Below the pieces are notes generated by a model. The model did no database searches. It was given only the letters and a program-made list of their open reading frames with translations, and was not told the origin of the DNA. A stretch of DNA of 64,000 bases from Octopus bimaculoides (taxonomy: Eukaryota): NCBI RefSeq assembly GCF_001194135.2, contig NC_068981.1, forward strand, positions 47,510,632-47,574,631, given 5' to 3'. Both the position numbers and the translations under genes were made by a program. Of the stretch, positions 26,961 through 38,320 are shown in pieces (position 1 is the stretch's first letter; every line of letters begins with the position of its first letter).

Positions 26961-27596
26961 GATATAGGACTGCTATGACCCTTCTGGAGGGGATATGCAT
27001 ATAAAGAAGAAGAGTTCAATAATTAAATTTGCTGAACACAATATTTCGGTATCTCACGTAACTTCAACGGGTTCGAAATTTGGTAAGTCAGTCTACAACA
27101 TTTTTTTTATAGATAACTAGGACTGTTATGACTCCTCTAGATTGAAAATGAAAATAAAGAAGAAGAGTTCCATAATTAAATATGCTGAACAAACTATTTC
27201 GGTATCTCACGTACATTCAAATTACCTACGAAATTTCGAACCCGTTAAATGTACGTGAGATACCGAAATATTGTGTTCAGCAAATTTCATAATGGAACAC
27301 TACTTCTTTATTTACATATTACCTCAAGAGGAGTCATAGCAATCCTATATTATCTATCAAAAAATGAAGCAGACCGACATACCAAATTTCGAACCCGAAA
27401 ATTACGTGACATACCGAAATATTGTGTTCAGCAAATTTAATTATGGAACTCTTCTTCTTTATTTACATATTCCCTCCAGAGGAGTCATAGCAGTCCTCTA
27501 TTATCTATAAAAAAAAAGTACACAGTTATATCAAATTTCGAACCCGTTGAAAGTTCTTGAGATAACGAAATATTGTATTCATCAAATTTAATTATA
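26958..27596. repeat. 154-bp satellite, left block (~1.7 inverted units at 26958-27217, then ~2.4 forward units)
   Basis: Same unit as 32.6-37.4 kb; orientation switches at about 27217-27230. Confidence 0.9.
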
Positions 27597-27742
27597 GGTC
27601 TGTTCTTTGGATTACTTTTGATTTTGTCTGTGTTTTTGTGCTGTGCGGTTAGAGCGTAAAATTTTGAAAGAAAAAGAGGAAACCCCTTGAAACAGTTGGT
27701 GAAAACCAGTAACGGTTTTCCCCGTGTAGGGAGGCCTGCACG

Positions 27743-28816
27743 ATGGCCGAAGCAGGAAGAGTAAGTCCTGCACAGGAAAAGGAGGAAATGAGTGTGGAGC
27801 AGATGATGGAAAGAGATTGGCCAACATTGGTGACAAATAGTGGCGAAGCAGAGAGTCCGAAAACGGTAAAAGACAGGGAACAGTCTGGAAGAGGGGTTGA
27901 TTTTGCAGCAGTCACTGGTGACAAGAGGCGAACTGTTAACATCGAGAATGCCGAGAGGCATAAGAATATGATGAAGAGAGAGGGTCATGGTGTTGTGGCA
28001 ACCCCTCCCGAAAGTTTCATAGAAAAAACACAAAGGCAAACGTTAATTTTTGAAACATATAATAAAAAAGCGAAAGAAATTGAAGACGTATCGGAGGCTG
28101 AAATTGAAAAGTGCTTAAAATCATTGTTAAACAAAATTACGTACATAACCAAAGGCAAGCGCTATGCTACGGTAGAGGTGAGCATGGAGTCAGAGGAAGC
28201 TGCCCGACTCCATTCTGTGGAGCCTCTGGAAACAGAAAATGTGGTTCTCCTACCACTGTACATGGGTAGGAGAACATCACAAATAACAATTGCGAACATT
28301 CCCCCTGAAGTTGACCCAGAGTGGTTAGTCGCTGCAACGACTATGGGCCTGGAAGATAAGATCACAATTCTAGAAGCAATTGTGACCGAACCAAAGCTGA
28401 GATGCGGCCAGGCCCTCAAAATGACTATTCAAGCGTAACAAGCCACACTGGAAGAAATTATTGAAAGCTTTGAGGTTGGCGGCACACGACTAATCATGTC
28501 AGTGGATGGCCGCAAACCTCGTTGCTTCCAGTGTGGAATGAAGGGTCTCCTCAGGGCGAACTGCAGCCAGAAGAAGAACGATGGAAAGACAAACCAGGAG
28601 GATACAGAAAGGAAAAAGAAGGAAAATGGAGAAGGGAAGAAAAATGGAGAAGGAAAAAGAGGAAAAAATCCAGAGATGGTGGAGCAAACACCGGTGCCAG
28701 TGGAAAAGGTTGGAGAGGGTTGGACTATTGTGTCCAACAAAAGAAAACAACCCTCCCCAACGAAAGAAGAGGAAGAAGAAAAGAAAAAAAACAAAAAAAA
28801 AGTGAAGCAAAAGTAA
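27743..28816 (+). pseudogene. Tx1-like ORF1 (one in-frame TAA at 28436-28438)
   Basis: ORFs 27743-28438 and 28496-28816 are in the same frame: ...EIEKCLKSLLNKITYITKGKRYATVEV...LLPLYMGRR...PEWLV...SVDGRKPRCFQCGMKGLLRANC, followed by a Lys/Glu-rich tail. Confidence 0.8.
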
Positions 28817-29714
28817 AAGACAGTATGTACATGGTGGTTCGAACTTCGAACAGAGAGCTAATGAACCACCTAGCAACGATCGACAACGAAAAAATGAAAA
28901 GGATATAGTACAAAAAAGGAAAAGCTGTTTATNNNNNNNNNNNNNNNNNNNNNNNNNNNNNNNNNNNNNNNNNNNNNNNNNNNNNNNNNNNNNNNNNNNN
29001 NNNNNNNNNNNNNNNNNNNNNNNNNNNNNNNNNNNNNNNNNNNNNNNNNNNNNNNNNNNNNNNNNNNNNNNNNNNNNNNNNNNNNNNNNNNNNNNNNNNN
29101 NNNNNNNNNNNNNNNNNNNNNNNNNNNNNNNNNNNNNNNNNNNNNNNNNNNNNNNNNNNNNNNNNNNNNNNNNNNNNNNNNNNNNNNNNNNNNNNNNNNN
29201 NNNNNNNNNNNNNNNNNNNNNNNNNNNNNNNNNNNNNNNNNNNNNNNNNNNNNNNNNNNNNNNNNNNNNNNNNNNNNNNNNNNNNNNNNNNNNNNNNNNN
29301 NNNNNNNNNNNNNNNNNNNNNNNNNNNNNNNNNNNNNNNNNNNNNNNNNNNNNNNNNNNNNNNNNNNNNNNNNNNNNNNNNNNNNNNNNNNNNNNNNNNN
29401 NNNNNNNNNNNNNNNNNNNNNNNNNNNNNNNNNNNNNNNNNNNNNNNNNNNNNNNNNNNNNNNNNNNNNNNNNNNNNNNNNNNNNNNNNNNNNNNNNNNN
29501 NNNNNNNNNNNNNNNNNNNNNNNNNNNNNNNNNNNNNNNNNNNNNNNNNNNNNNNNNNNNNNNNNNNNNNNNNNNNNNNNNNNNNNNNNNNNNNNNNNNN
29601 NNNNNNNNNNNNNNNNNNNNNNNNNNNNNNNNNNNNNNNNNNNNNNNNNNNNNNNNNNNNNNNNNNNNNNNNNNNNNNNNNNNNNNNNNNNNNNNNNNNN
29701 NNNNNNNNNNNNNN

Positions 29715-32371
29715 TGGCTCGCAGACAGATAGAACAGCGAGTCCTGGCTTTCGGGACATGCTCAGCCACTTTCAGCTGGCAGACCCGTATAGACTGGAAC
29801 ACCCAACAGCTCCCCAGTGGACGTGGTCAAGTAGCGATGGGTCTACCAGGTCTTATTTAGATAGGATATTGATAAGAAAAGTAGATAAAGATATTGTTAG
29901 GTGTCCACAATTTTACCCAGTCAGCTATAGTGACCACAAGATGGTCACAAGCGAGCTGACTGTAGATAAGATGTATAGACAGGGATCTGGCTACTGGAAA
30001 CTCAACAAGTCCCTTTTGGAGAATGAGGAGTACAGAAAGCGGATCAAGCTAATAATTCAAAGGGCGTTAACAGGTACCATCATTCATAATAAATGGTGGT
30101 ACGCCCTTAAGCGAGCCATAAAATATGAGTCGATAAGATTTAGTATAGGCTTAGCTAAGAAGGAACGTAGAATAGGCGATGGTCTAGTTAAGGAGTTAGA
30201 GAAAGCCATGGAGAATGGTAATGCGGACCAAATGAAGGCCAAGAGACTGGAACTAAACCAGCACCTCGAAAGCCGACACATGGGAAGCATTATCAGAGCA
30301 AAAATTCGTCCAATGGGTTGTGNNNNNNNNNNGTAGGGGCAAATCGCCGGGACTTGACGGCCTACCCTATGAATTATATAAAAGTATGCCAGACTTGTTC
30401 GGACACCTGTTGGCTTGTGTGTACACGAACTGGCAGCAGAATGGGTGGATCCCCAGCTCTGTGCGCCGGGGAGTAGTGACACTAGTCAGGAAGGACCCGA
30501 ACAAGGGGGATTGTTTAGAGAACATTAGGCCCATCACTCTGCTAAATACAGAAGTGAAGATTATGGCCAAGGTATTAGCGAAAATGTTGGCGCGTGTCGC
30601 GGATGGTTTGATTGGGGAGGCACAGACCTGTGCCGTCCCTGGTAGGACCATTCAGGATAATCTCCACCTTATCCGCTATACCATAGAGAGGTTTGGGACT
30701 AAAACTGGCAGAGGTGGAGTTTTGGTGCATTTAGACCAATCTAAGGCATTTGATAGTGTCGGCCATCGATACCTGGTGAGTGTTCTTGCGAGGTTGGGCT
30801 TGCGCGTCGGTTTCCTCAGGTGGATCATTCAATTGTATCAAAACATTGACTCGATAGTTCCGGTGAACAGTTTTCTCTCTAAAGCGTTCTACATCAAACG
30901 TTTGGTTCGCCAGGGCTGTCCACTCTCTCCGCTTTTGTACGTGGTGGCTCTGGAGCCGCTGCTGAGAAAGCTGAGGGAGATCCGGAGAGCGCCGGGCGTG
31001 GAGGAGTGGGTTACAGCATATGCGGACGACATCACCATCAGCATGACCACAATGAAACGCCTACGTAAAGTAGGCAAAGTTATTGAGGAATACGAGACGG
31101 TGGCAGGAGCAAAGATTAATCGGGAGAAGTGAGTCGGCTTGCATTTCGGCACCTGGAGGGGTAAGTTGATGCCTTCGGATAGCGTCGTAGAACGCTGGAC
31201 GGAGGGGCCGGTTAAGTTGCTGGGGGTTTGGTTTGGTCCAGACCTCCAGGTGCAGAAGAACTGGGCAGAGGTGTCGTGCAAGATAGCCGGTATAGCCAAG
31301 AGTTGGTCTTGGCGAAGGCTGTCCTTGAAAGGGAGGGCGGAGGTAGCCAATGTGTTTATCGCATCGGTTATTACCTACCGCCTGACCGTCGTTCCTTGCC
31401 CGGATTCGTGGTTGACCAAGTTCGAAAGACAGCTCCTTCACTTTTTGTGGAGGGGCTCGAAGCCACTTGTGAGACGCTCTATCTGTTGCCAGAAACCGTT
31501 AAAGGGAGGTTTAGGTGTGCCTTGGTTGATGATGCGCGGGCATGCGTTGAGGTTGAGGCATCTTTGGATACTCCTGGATGGTGACCAGGTGTGGTCTCCG
31601 TCGGCAAGACAAATGTTCGCCAACTTCGCCAGTATGAGTGCTAAGGAAGTTTGGTGCTATTGTAGACCGAGGTTGAGCATGTGGTACACGGAGTGCCGTA
31701 AGGCCCTCCTGCTATTCCGTCGCTCGGGCAACGCCGGCAGCGGGGGTTCTACAACATTCTTTTATAGAGGGTTAGTAGAGGCAGAATGTGACGATGACCT
31801 GGGAACGACTCTGGGTCTCGGATTTATTGAACTCGACAGCCTGTTCTTCCGTACATTCGGGTGGAAGTCGTTGGATAATTTCCAAATGTCTTTGACCTGG
31901 CAATGCTACAGAGGAGACTTGCCCGTTTGCGATAAACTTGCAAGACATTGATCGCAGATATCACCGACCTGGCCAAAATGCGGTCGGGATAGGGAAACCG
32001 TCCCGCACGCTATTGTACGGTGTCCAGGGGTCTCTGAAATGTGGGTTTACGTGGAACATCTAATGTCAAGTGAAGGAAGAGTACAGTTGTCGGCTGAGTC
32101 AATTATAAAAATTGACCCGCCAAGTTTGTTATCAAACGAAGGTAAGAAATGTTTCCTCATTACAGTAGCAGTAGCGAAAGAGTTTGTGTGGAAGACTAGA
32201 ATGGAAGGGAACAAGACGGGCACTTTCATCTCTAGTCAGGGTCTGGTGAGATATTTTTCTTTTCATTTGAAATGAAAAATACGACTGGAGAGAAGGGGTT
32301 TGTCGGAGAAAATGTTTCAATCAAGATGGAAATATGTCGGTCGAGTTTTGCGATTGAAACGGTCCAATTGA
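29715..32371 (+). pseudogene. Tx1-like ORF2: APE endonuclease C-terminus, reverse transcriptase, C-terminal Cys/His region
   Basis: APE: WTWSS..SYLDRIL..YSDHKMV. RT: GKSPGLDG, RPITLLNTEVKIMAK, LDQSKAFDSV, VRQGCPLSPLLY, YADD. C-terminal WPKC..ETVPHAIVRC. From 30333 to 32371 it stays in one frame with premature TGA at 31130, 31949 and 32273. The 10-N gap at 30323-30332 probably understates the missing linker; the N-terminus is in the 28933-29714 gap. Confidence 0.9.
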
Positions 32372-32616
32372 ATAGGCCATAGGTGTCTTCGAAAGTTTGA
32401 ATGGTGGGATGGGCCTTGTGGGGTCGGAGCGTAACCCAGTCCCCCACTTCATCTGTCTATATTGTTTTGTGTGTTGTTTGTTGTAATACGTTCGAATTTC
32501 GATTTTATTATATTTTTAAGTGTTTCATATTTTTGTAAACCTATACGTTTTATCTGACCCCAATCAGATGTATGGTCCCTATCTTTGTTTGGCCCCTAGT
32601 GGGTAATAAAGAGATA

Positions 32617-33525
32617 CAAATTTCGAAGCCGTTAAAGGAACGTGAGGTACCGAAACATTGTGTTAAGCAAATTTAATTATTGAACATTTCTTCTTTATTT
32701 AAATATTCCCTCCAGACGACTCATAGCAGTCCTATATTATCTATATAACAACTTATGTAGTCTGACATAGCAAATTCCGAACCCGTTAAATGTACGTGAG
32801 ATACCGAAACATTGTGTTCAGCAAATATAATTATTGGACTCTTCTCCTTTATTTAAATATTCCCTACAGATGAGTCATAGATGTCCTATATTATCTATAA
32901 AACAATTTAAGTAGTCTGACATACTAAATTTCGAAGCCGTTAAAGGTTCGTAAGATACCGAAATATTGTGTTCAGCAAATTTAATTACGGAACTCTTCTT
33001 CTTTGTTTGAAAATTCCCTCCAGAGGAGTCATAATTATCTATAATAAAAATGATGTAGACTGACATACCAAATTTCGAACCCGTTAAAGATACGTGAACT
33101 AACGAAACATTGTGTTTAGCAAATTAAATTATTGAACTCTTCTTCTTTATTTAAATATTCCCTCCAGAGGATTCATAACAGTCCTATATTATCTATAAAA
33201 CAACTTAAGTAGACAGTCATACCAAATTTCGAACTCGTTAAATGTACGTGAGATACCGAAACATTGTGTTCAGCAAATTTAATTATTGAACTCTTCTTCT
33301 TTATTTAAATATTCCCTCCAGACCAGATGAGTCATAGCAGTCCTATATTATCTATAAAACAATTTAAGTAGATTGACATACCAAATTTCGAACCCGTTAA
33401 AGGTACGTGAGATACCGAAACATTGTGTTAAGCAAATTTAATTATTGAACTCTTCTTCGTTATTTAAATATTCCCTCCAGACCAGAGGAGTCATAGCAGT
33501 CCTGTATTATCTATAAAACAATTTA
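32617..33525 (+). repeat. 154-bp satellite, middle block (~6 units)
   Basis: Consensus gtagactgacataccaaatttcgaacccgttaaaggtacgtgagataccgaaacattgtgttcagcaaatttaattattgaactcttcttctttatttaaatattccctccagaggagtcatagcagtcctatattatctataaaacaatttaa. Measured periods are 154, 144, 154 and 159 bp. Confidence 0.95.
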
Positions 33526-33615
33526 CCATCGTTCACTTTTTCTGTGTAATTTTTAATTATCTGTCTTTTCTCTCTTTTTTTTTTTAAATTATATTTATAA
33601 CAAAANNNNNNNNNN

Positions 33616-33661
<46 letters not shown>

Positions 33662-35160
33662 CCTCATAAACGGTTCCAAATCCCTGAGTTCGATCACTGG
33701 TGGCAGCTCGTCGAACATCACCGCTACTCCGGGCGGATCAATTTTGTTTCCGCACATGTCTTTTAGTTCGTGTGTGACCCTCTCGACCACAATGGCCTTC
33801 ACATTTTCAGAATAGACATCTGTTGGTAACTTAATTCTTATAATGTGCTTGAATTTAAGAATTTTCTTCTCTGTCTCCTTATTTTTTGAGTAAGTTACAA
33901 AATTCCAATTGTTTTTCCATCTTCTTGATTTTTTCTCTTCTTCTTCTGTTACTGATGTATTTCCTTCTCGAACTCCATACCACTTATCCCATTCATTGTC
34001 AGGTGTTTCAACTCTCGAAACATTTTCCTTCGCTGGGGAAACCGGCGTCATTATTGCTGTTCCCTTCTCTTGTAAATCCACCTGTTTAGTAGTTGCCTTT
34101 CTTTCTTTCTCTGTCACCTCTTCATCTGCATTCCCTCTGGTTACAGCTTCCTTTCCACTTCTTTTTCTGTTTCTCTGGTGGTGAGTTTGTTCTTCCACTC
34201 CTCCTTCGTTTTCTTTCCATTACCGTAAATCCCTCCTCCGTTGTATTTTCTTCTGTCTCTGTCTGTACTACCTGGTTCGTGTCTTCCTGTTTTTCTGTTG
34301 GTTCTCTCTGCGAGCATCTCGCCTTCATGTGGCCTTTCTCGCCACAGGCAAAACATGTAGGCGGCCTGCCCTCCACTTTCACTCTTAATTTTTGGTCGTC
34401 AGGTAGCGCTATCTCCTCGTCAATTCTATTAAGGTCTTCCACTGTTGCCTGGATAGTCAGTTCAATTCCATATCCCCAATAATCCACACTCTTTGTTCTT
34501 GTGGCCTCCGATATTTTGGCCTCTTCCTTCATGTTGTACTTTATTGCTGTCATGAGCCATGCTTCATCTAGTTCTGAGGGTAGTTTGCCTATTCGCACTC
34601 TGGCCACACGTTTGCCACAGTACGACGGCAACAGCACCCATCCCTCCGATCGTATAGCTTCCGTAGAGTTCTTAATTGCTTCTATTTCTGTTGCAAATCA
34701 TACCACCACAGTGGCATACTTTTTTCCTCTAGTTACAAAAGTTGCTTGCTTTCTGATACCTTTCAGGCACTCCTCGATCTACTCAACTGTCGCAAGCTCT
34801 ATCCTTCTAGTTGCCACCTTCATGGTTTTAAAAACCACAGTTCTCTTTCTTACACCTTCTGTCCACAGGCGGTGTCAACGTCAGCGTGTTTCCGACCCTC
34901 GCCAGCAACTTCTCACATTCCTTCATCTTCTTCGGATCAACCTTAATTTCGATTATTTCCAGCTTTCCTTCCTCTGTTTCTTTTCCAGTCGCGGCCGCAT
35001 AACTTTGGCCACCTGCCGGTGCTTTCTCCATTTTCCACAACGGGAAGACACAAGAAAACACGAACAATATCAACAATTAACACCAATGATTGACACTCAA
35101 TTTTACAACAAAAAATACTCAACTTTGCAACTCACATAAAAACTCTACTACTACTGACCG
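33526..35160 (-). mobile_element. Second Tx1-like LINE in the satellite, apparently 5'UTR + ORF1 + A-rich spacer only
   Basis: Satellite stops at ...aaaacaattta (33525) and resumes at acttta-agtagac (35161), a possible ~6-bp TSD. Poly(A) follows ORF1 on the minus strand, interrupted by a 10-N gap. Confidence 0.8.
33656..35031 (-). pseudogene. Tx1-like ORF1, degenerate (frameshifts and stops)
   Basis: MEKAPAGGQSYAAA.., IEECLKGIRKQATFVTRGKKYATV.., LLPSYCGKR..EAWLM..VEGRPPTCFACGEKGHMKARC (intact CX2CX4HX4C). Split over ORFs 34828-35076, 34122-34637 and 33656-34198. Confidence 0.8.
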
Positions 35161-37410
35161 ACTTTAAGTAGACTGACATACCAAGTTTCGAACCCGTTAA
35201 AGGTACGTGAGATACCGAAACATTGTGTTCAGCAAATTTAATTATTGAACTCTTCTTCGTTATTTAAATATTCCCTCCAGACCAGAGGAGTCGTAGCAGT
35301 CCTATATTATCTATAATAAAAATGATGTAGACTGACATACCACATTTCGAACCCGTTAAAGATACGTGAAATAACGAAACATTGTGTTTAGCAAATTAAA
35401 TTATTGAACTCTTCTTCTTTATTTAAATTTCCTCCAGAGGATTCATAACAGTCCTATATTATCTATAAAGCAACTTAAGTAGTCTGACATAGCAAATTCC
35501 GAACCCGTTAAAGGTACGTGGGATACCGAAACGTTGTGTTCAGCAAATTTAATTATTGAACTCTTCTTTATTTAAATATTCCCTCCAGATCTGAGGAGTC
35601 ATAGCAGTCCTATATTATCTATAAAACAATTTAAGTAGACTGACCTACCAAATTTCGAACCCGTTAAAGGTACGTGAGATACCGAAACATTGTGTTCAGC
35701 AAATTTAATTATTGAACTCTTCTTCTTTATTTAAATATTTCCTACAGATGAGTCATAGAAGTCCTATATTATCTATAAAACAATTTAAGTTGACTGACAT
35801 ACCAAATTTAGAAACCGTTGAAGGTACGTGACATACCGAAATATTGTGTTCAGCAATTTTAATTTTTTAAACACTTTATCTAAATATTCCCTCCAGAGGA
35901 CTCATAGCTGTCCTATATTATCTATAAAAATATTAAGTAGACTGACATACCAAATTACGAACTCGTTAATGGTACGTAAGATACCGAAATATTGTGTTCA
36001 GCAACTTTAATTATTGAACTCTTCTTCTTTATTTAAATATTCCCTCCAGAGGATTCATAACAGTCCTATATTATCTATAAAGCAACTTAAGTAGTCTGAC
36101 ATGGCAAATTCCGAACCCGTTAAACGTACGTGAGATGCCGAAACATTGTGTTCAGCAAATTTAATTATGGAACTCTTCTTCTTTAATTAAATATTCCCTC
36201 CAGACCAGAGGAGTCATAGCAGTCCTATATTATCTATAAAGATATTAAGTAGACTGACATTCTAAATTTCGAACCCGTTAAAGATACGTGAAATATCGAA
36301 ATATTGTGTTCAGCAAATTTTATTCTGGAACTCTTCTTTTTCATTTACATATTCTCTCCAGAGGAGTCATAGCAGTCCTATATTATCCATAAAAAAAATG
36401 AAGTAATCTGACATGCCAAATTTCTAACCCGTTAAATGTACGTGAGATACCGAAATATTGTGTTCAGTAAATTTAATTATTGAACTCTTCTTCTTTATTT
36501 ACATGTTCCCTCCAGAGGTATCATGGCAGTCCTATATTATCTATAAAAGAATGAAGTATACTGACATACCAAATTTCGAACGCGTTACGGGTACGTGAGA
36601 TACCGAAAAATTGTGTTCAGCAAATATAATTACTGGACTGTTCTTCTTTATTTACATATTTCCTCTAGAGGGGTCATAGCAGTTCTATATTGTCTATTTA
36701 AAAAAATGACGTACACTGACATACCAATTTTCTCACCCGTTAAATGTACTTGAGATACCGAAATATTGTGTTCAGTGAATTTTATTATTGAACTCTTCTT
36801 TACTTACATATTCACTCCAGCGGTATCAAAGCAGTCCTATATTATCTATAAACAACTTATGTAGACTGACATACCAAATTTCGATCCCGTTGAAGTTACG
36901 TGAGATACCGAAATATTGTCTTTAGCATTTTTAATTATTGTACATTTCTTTATTGAAATATTCCCTCCAGTGGAGTCATAGCAGTCCAATATTATCTATA
37001 AAAAAATGATGTAGACTGACATACCGAATTTCGATCCCGTTGAAGTTACGTGAGGTACCGAAATATTGTGTTCACCAAACTTAATTATTGAACACTTCTT
37101 TATTTACATATTCTCTCGAGAGGACTCATAGCAGTCCTATATTATCTATATAAAAAATGAAGTAGTCTGACATACCAAATTTCTAACCCGTTAAAGGTAC
37201 GTGAGACACCGAAATATTGTTGTCAGCAAATTCAATTATTGACCTCTTCTTCTTTACTTACATATTCCCTCCAGAGGTGTCATAGCAGACCTATATTATC
37301 TAAAAAACAATTTTTAAAAAAATGAAGTAGACTGACATACTAAATTTCGAACCCGTTGAAGGTACCGAAATATTGTGTTCAGCAAATTTAATTATGGAAC
37401 TCTTATTTAT
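35161..37410 (+). repeat. 154-bp satellite, right block (~14-15 units)
   Basis: Tandem units of the same consensus, ending in a (TAA)n tract at ~37410. Confidence 0.95.
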
Positions 37411-37464
37411 TTATTTAATAATAATAATAGTAATAGTAATAATAATGATAATAATAATAAAAGT

Positions 37465-38010
37465 AATGCAGTACAAGGCAGTGGCTCCCATGGCTTCTCA
37501 TCTTAATTGATTGGAAGTGTTATCATGTACATTGGTATTCATCAGAATATTTGCTGTAACGCACCTTTTATACCAACACAAAACAGATTTTCTTGTCAGT
37601 TGTTTGACCTTAACCAGTTGAGCATGTCATTTAGTGGTTGACAATATGTGCATCTCTGATCATGAGCAGAAGTAGTGGGGGAGCATCATAGCCATTAGTT
37701 GAGAGGAATTCTTTGGGCTTTGAATAATTCACCTTTGGAATCATGAGTGTTTTTCTCAACATCCTTTAACAAACCTTATTCTGGGACATTTTGAGCGGGA
37801 TGAGCTACTCGACCTGAAGAAAATTCTAACTGGGCCCCACTTGCGAGGTAATGCGCTGTTTATCTTGATATGAGATCACCATGTCGCGTACATATGGTTG
37901 TGATGCATGTGCCTTGTGTACCCTTATCAGACGGTTAGTCATGTGTATAATGGGCTTCGTATATTTTACCCCAGTGTCACTTTGATGGCATGCCCTGCTC
38001 TCTCACTCAA
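37465..38010. mobile_element. Unclassified ~545-bp interspersed repeat flanked by (TAA)n on both sides
   Basis: High-complexity non-coding block with sharp boundaries between two TAA tracts. I recall similar sequence as a high-copy octopus repeat, but it is single-copy here. Confidence 0.4.
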
Positions 38011-38094
38011 TAATAATAATAAATATTATTATTATCATTATTATTATTGTTATTATTATTTTTATTACTATTATCATCATCATCATCATCATTA

Positions 38095-38320
38095 TCGTTG
38101 CCTGTGCACAGCTTCTAACGCTGAAGATGTACTACGGTGTTAGATGTTCCCTACCAGTGAACTAAGGTAACACCTCTCATTTTTCGTGCACCTTCGGAGT
38201 TTTCGAGCGGTTCCAAGCAGTGATGTTTTCTTCGAGTGCTCTAACATTATTGCAGCTCCTATTTGTTACACGTACTTCTCAAGATTTTTACTAACTGTTG
38301 CCAGGGCCCCATCCTACATT
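38095..38320 (-). mobile_element. R4/Dong-like extreme 3' fragment
   Basis: Reverse complement translates GALATVSKIL..IGAAIMLEHSKKTSLLGTARKLR (consensus GALGxV..LQKxALLGTARILR); the 3' end runs into an ATG/TAA microsatellite. Confidence 0.65.

Larger units (their letters stand above)
27597..32616 (+). mobile_element. Near-full-length L1/Tx1-like LINE inserted in the satellite
   Basis: 5'UTR, ORF1 with CCHC knuckle, gap, ORF2 (APE-RT-C-terminal Cys region), T-rich 3'UTR ending ggcccctagtgggtaataaagagata. No clean short TSD seen. Confidence 0.9.

Noticed and set aside
34501-35139. Antisense ORFs overlapping the LINE ORFs (e.g. 34501-35139 +, 27485-28039 -, 30889-31350 -, 12065-12421 +)
   Set aside because: Shadow frames of TE coding sequence with no recognisable motifs.
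32617-37410. CRISPR array interpretation of the regular repeat
   Set aside because: The whole 154-bp unit repeats with no unique spacers, no cas genes are present, and the context is eukaryotic.
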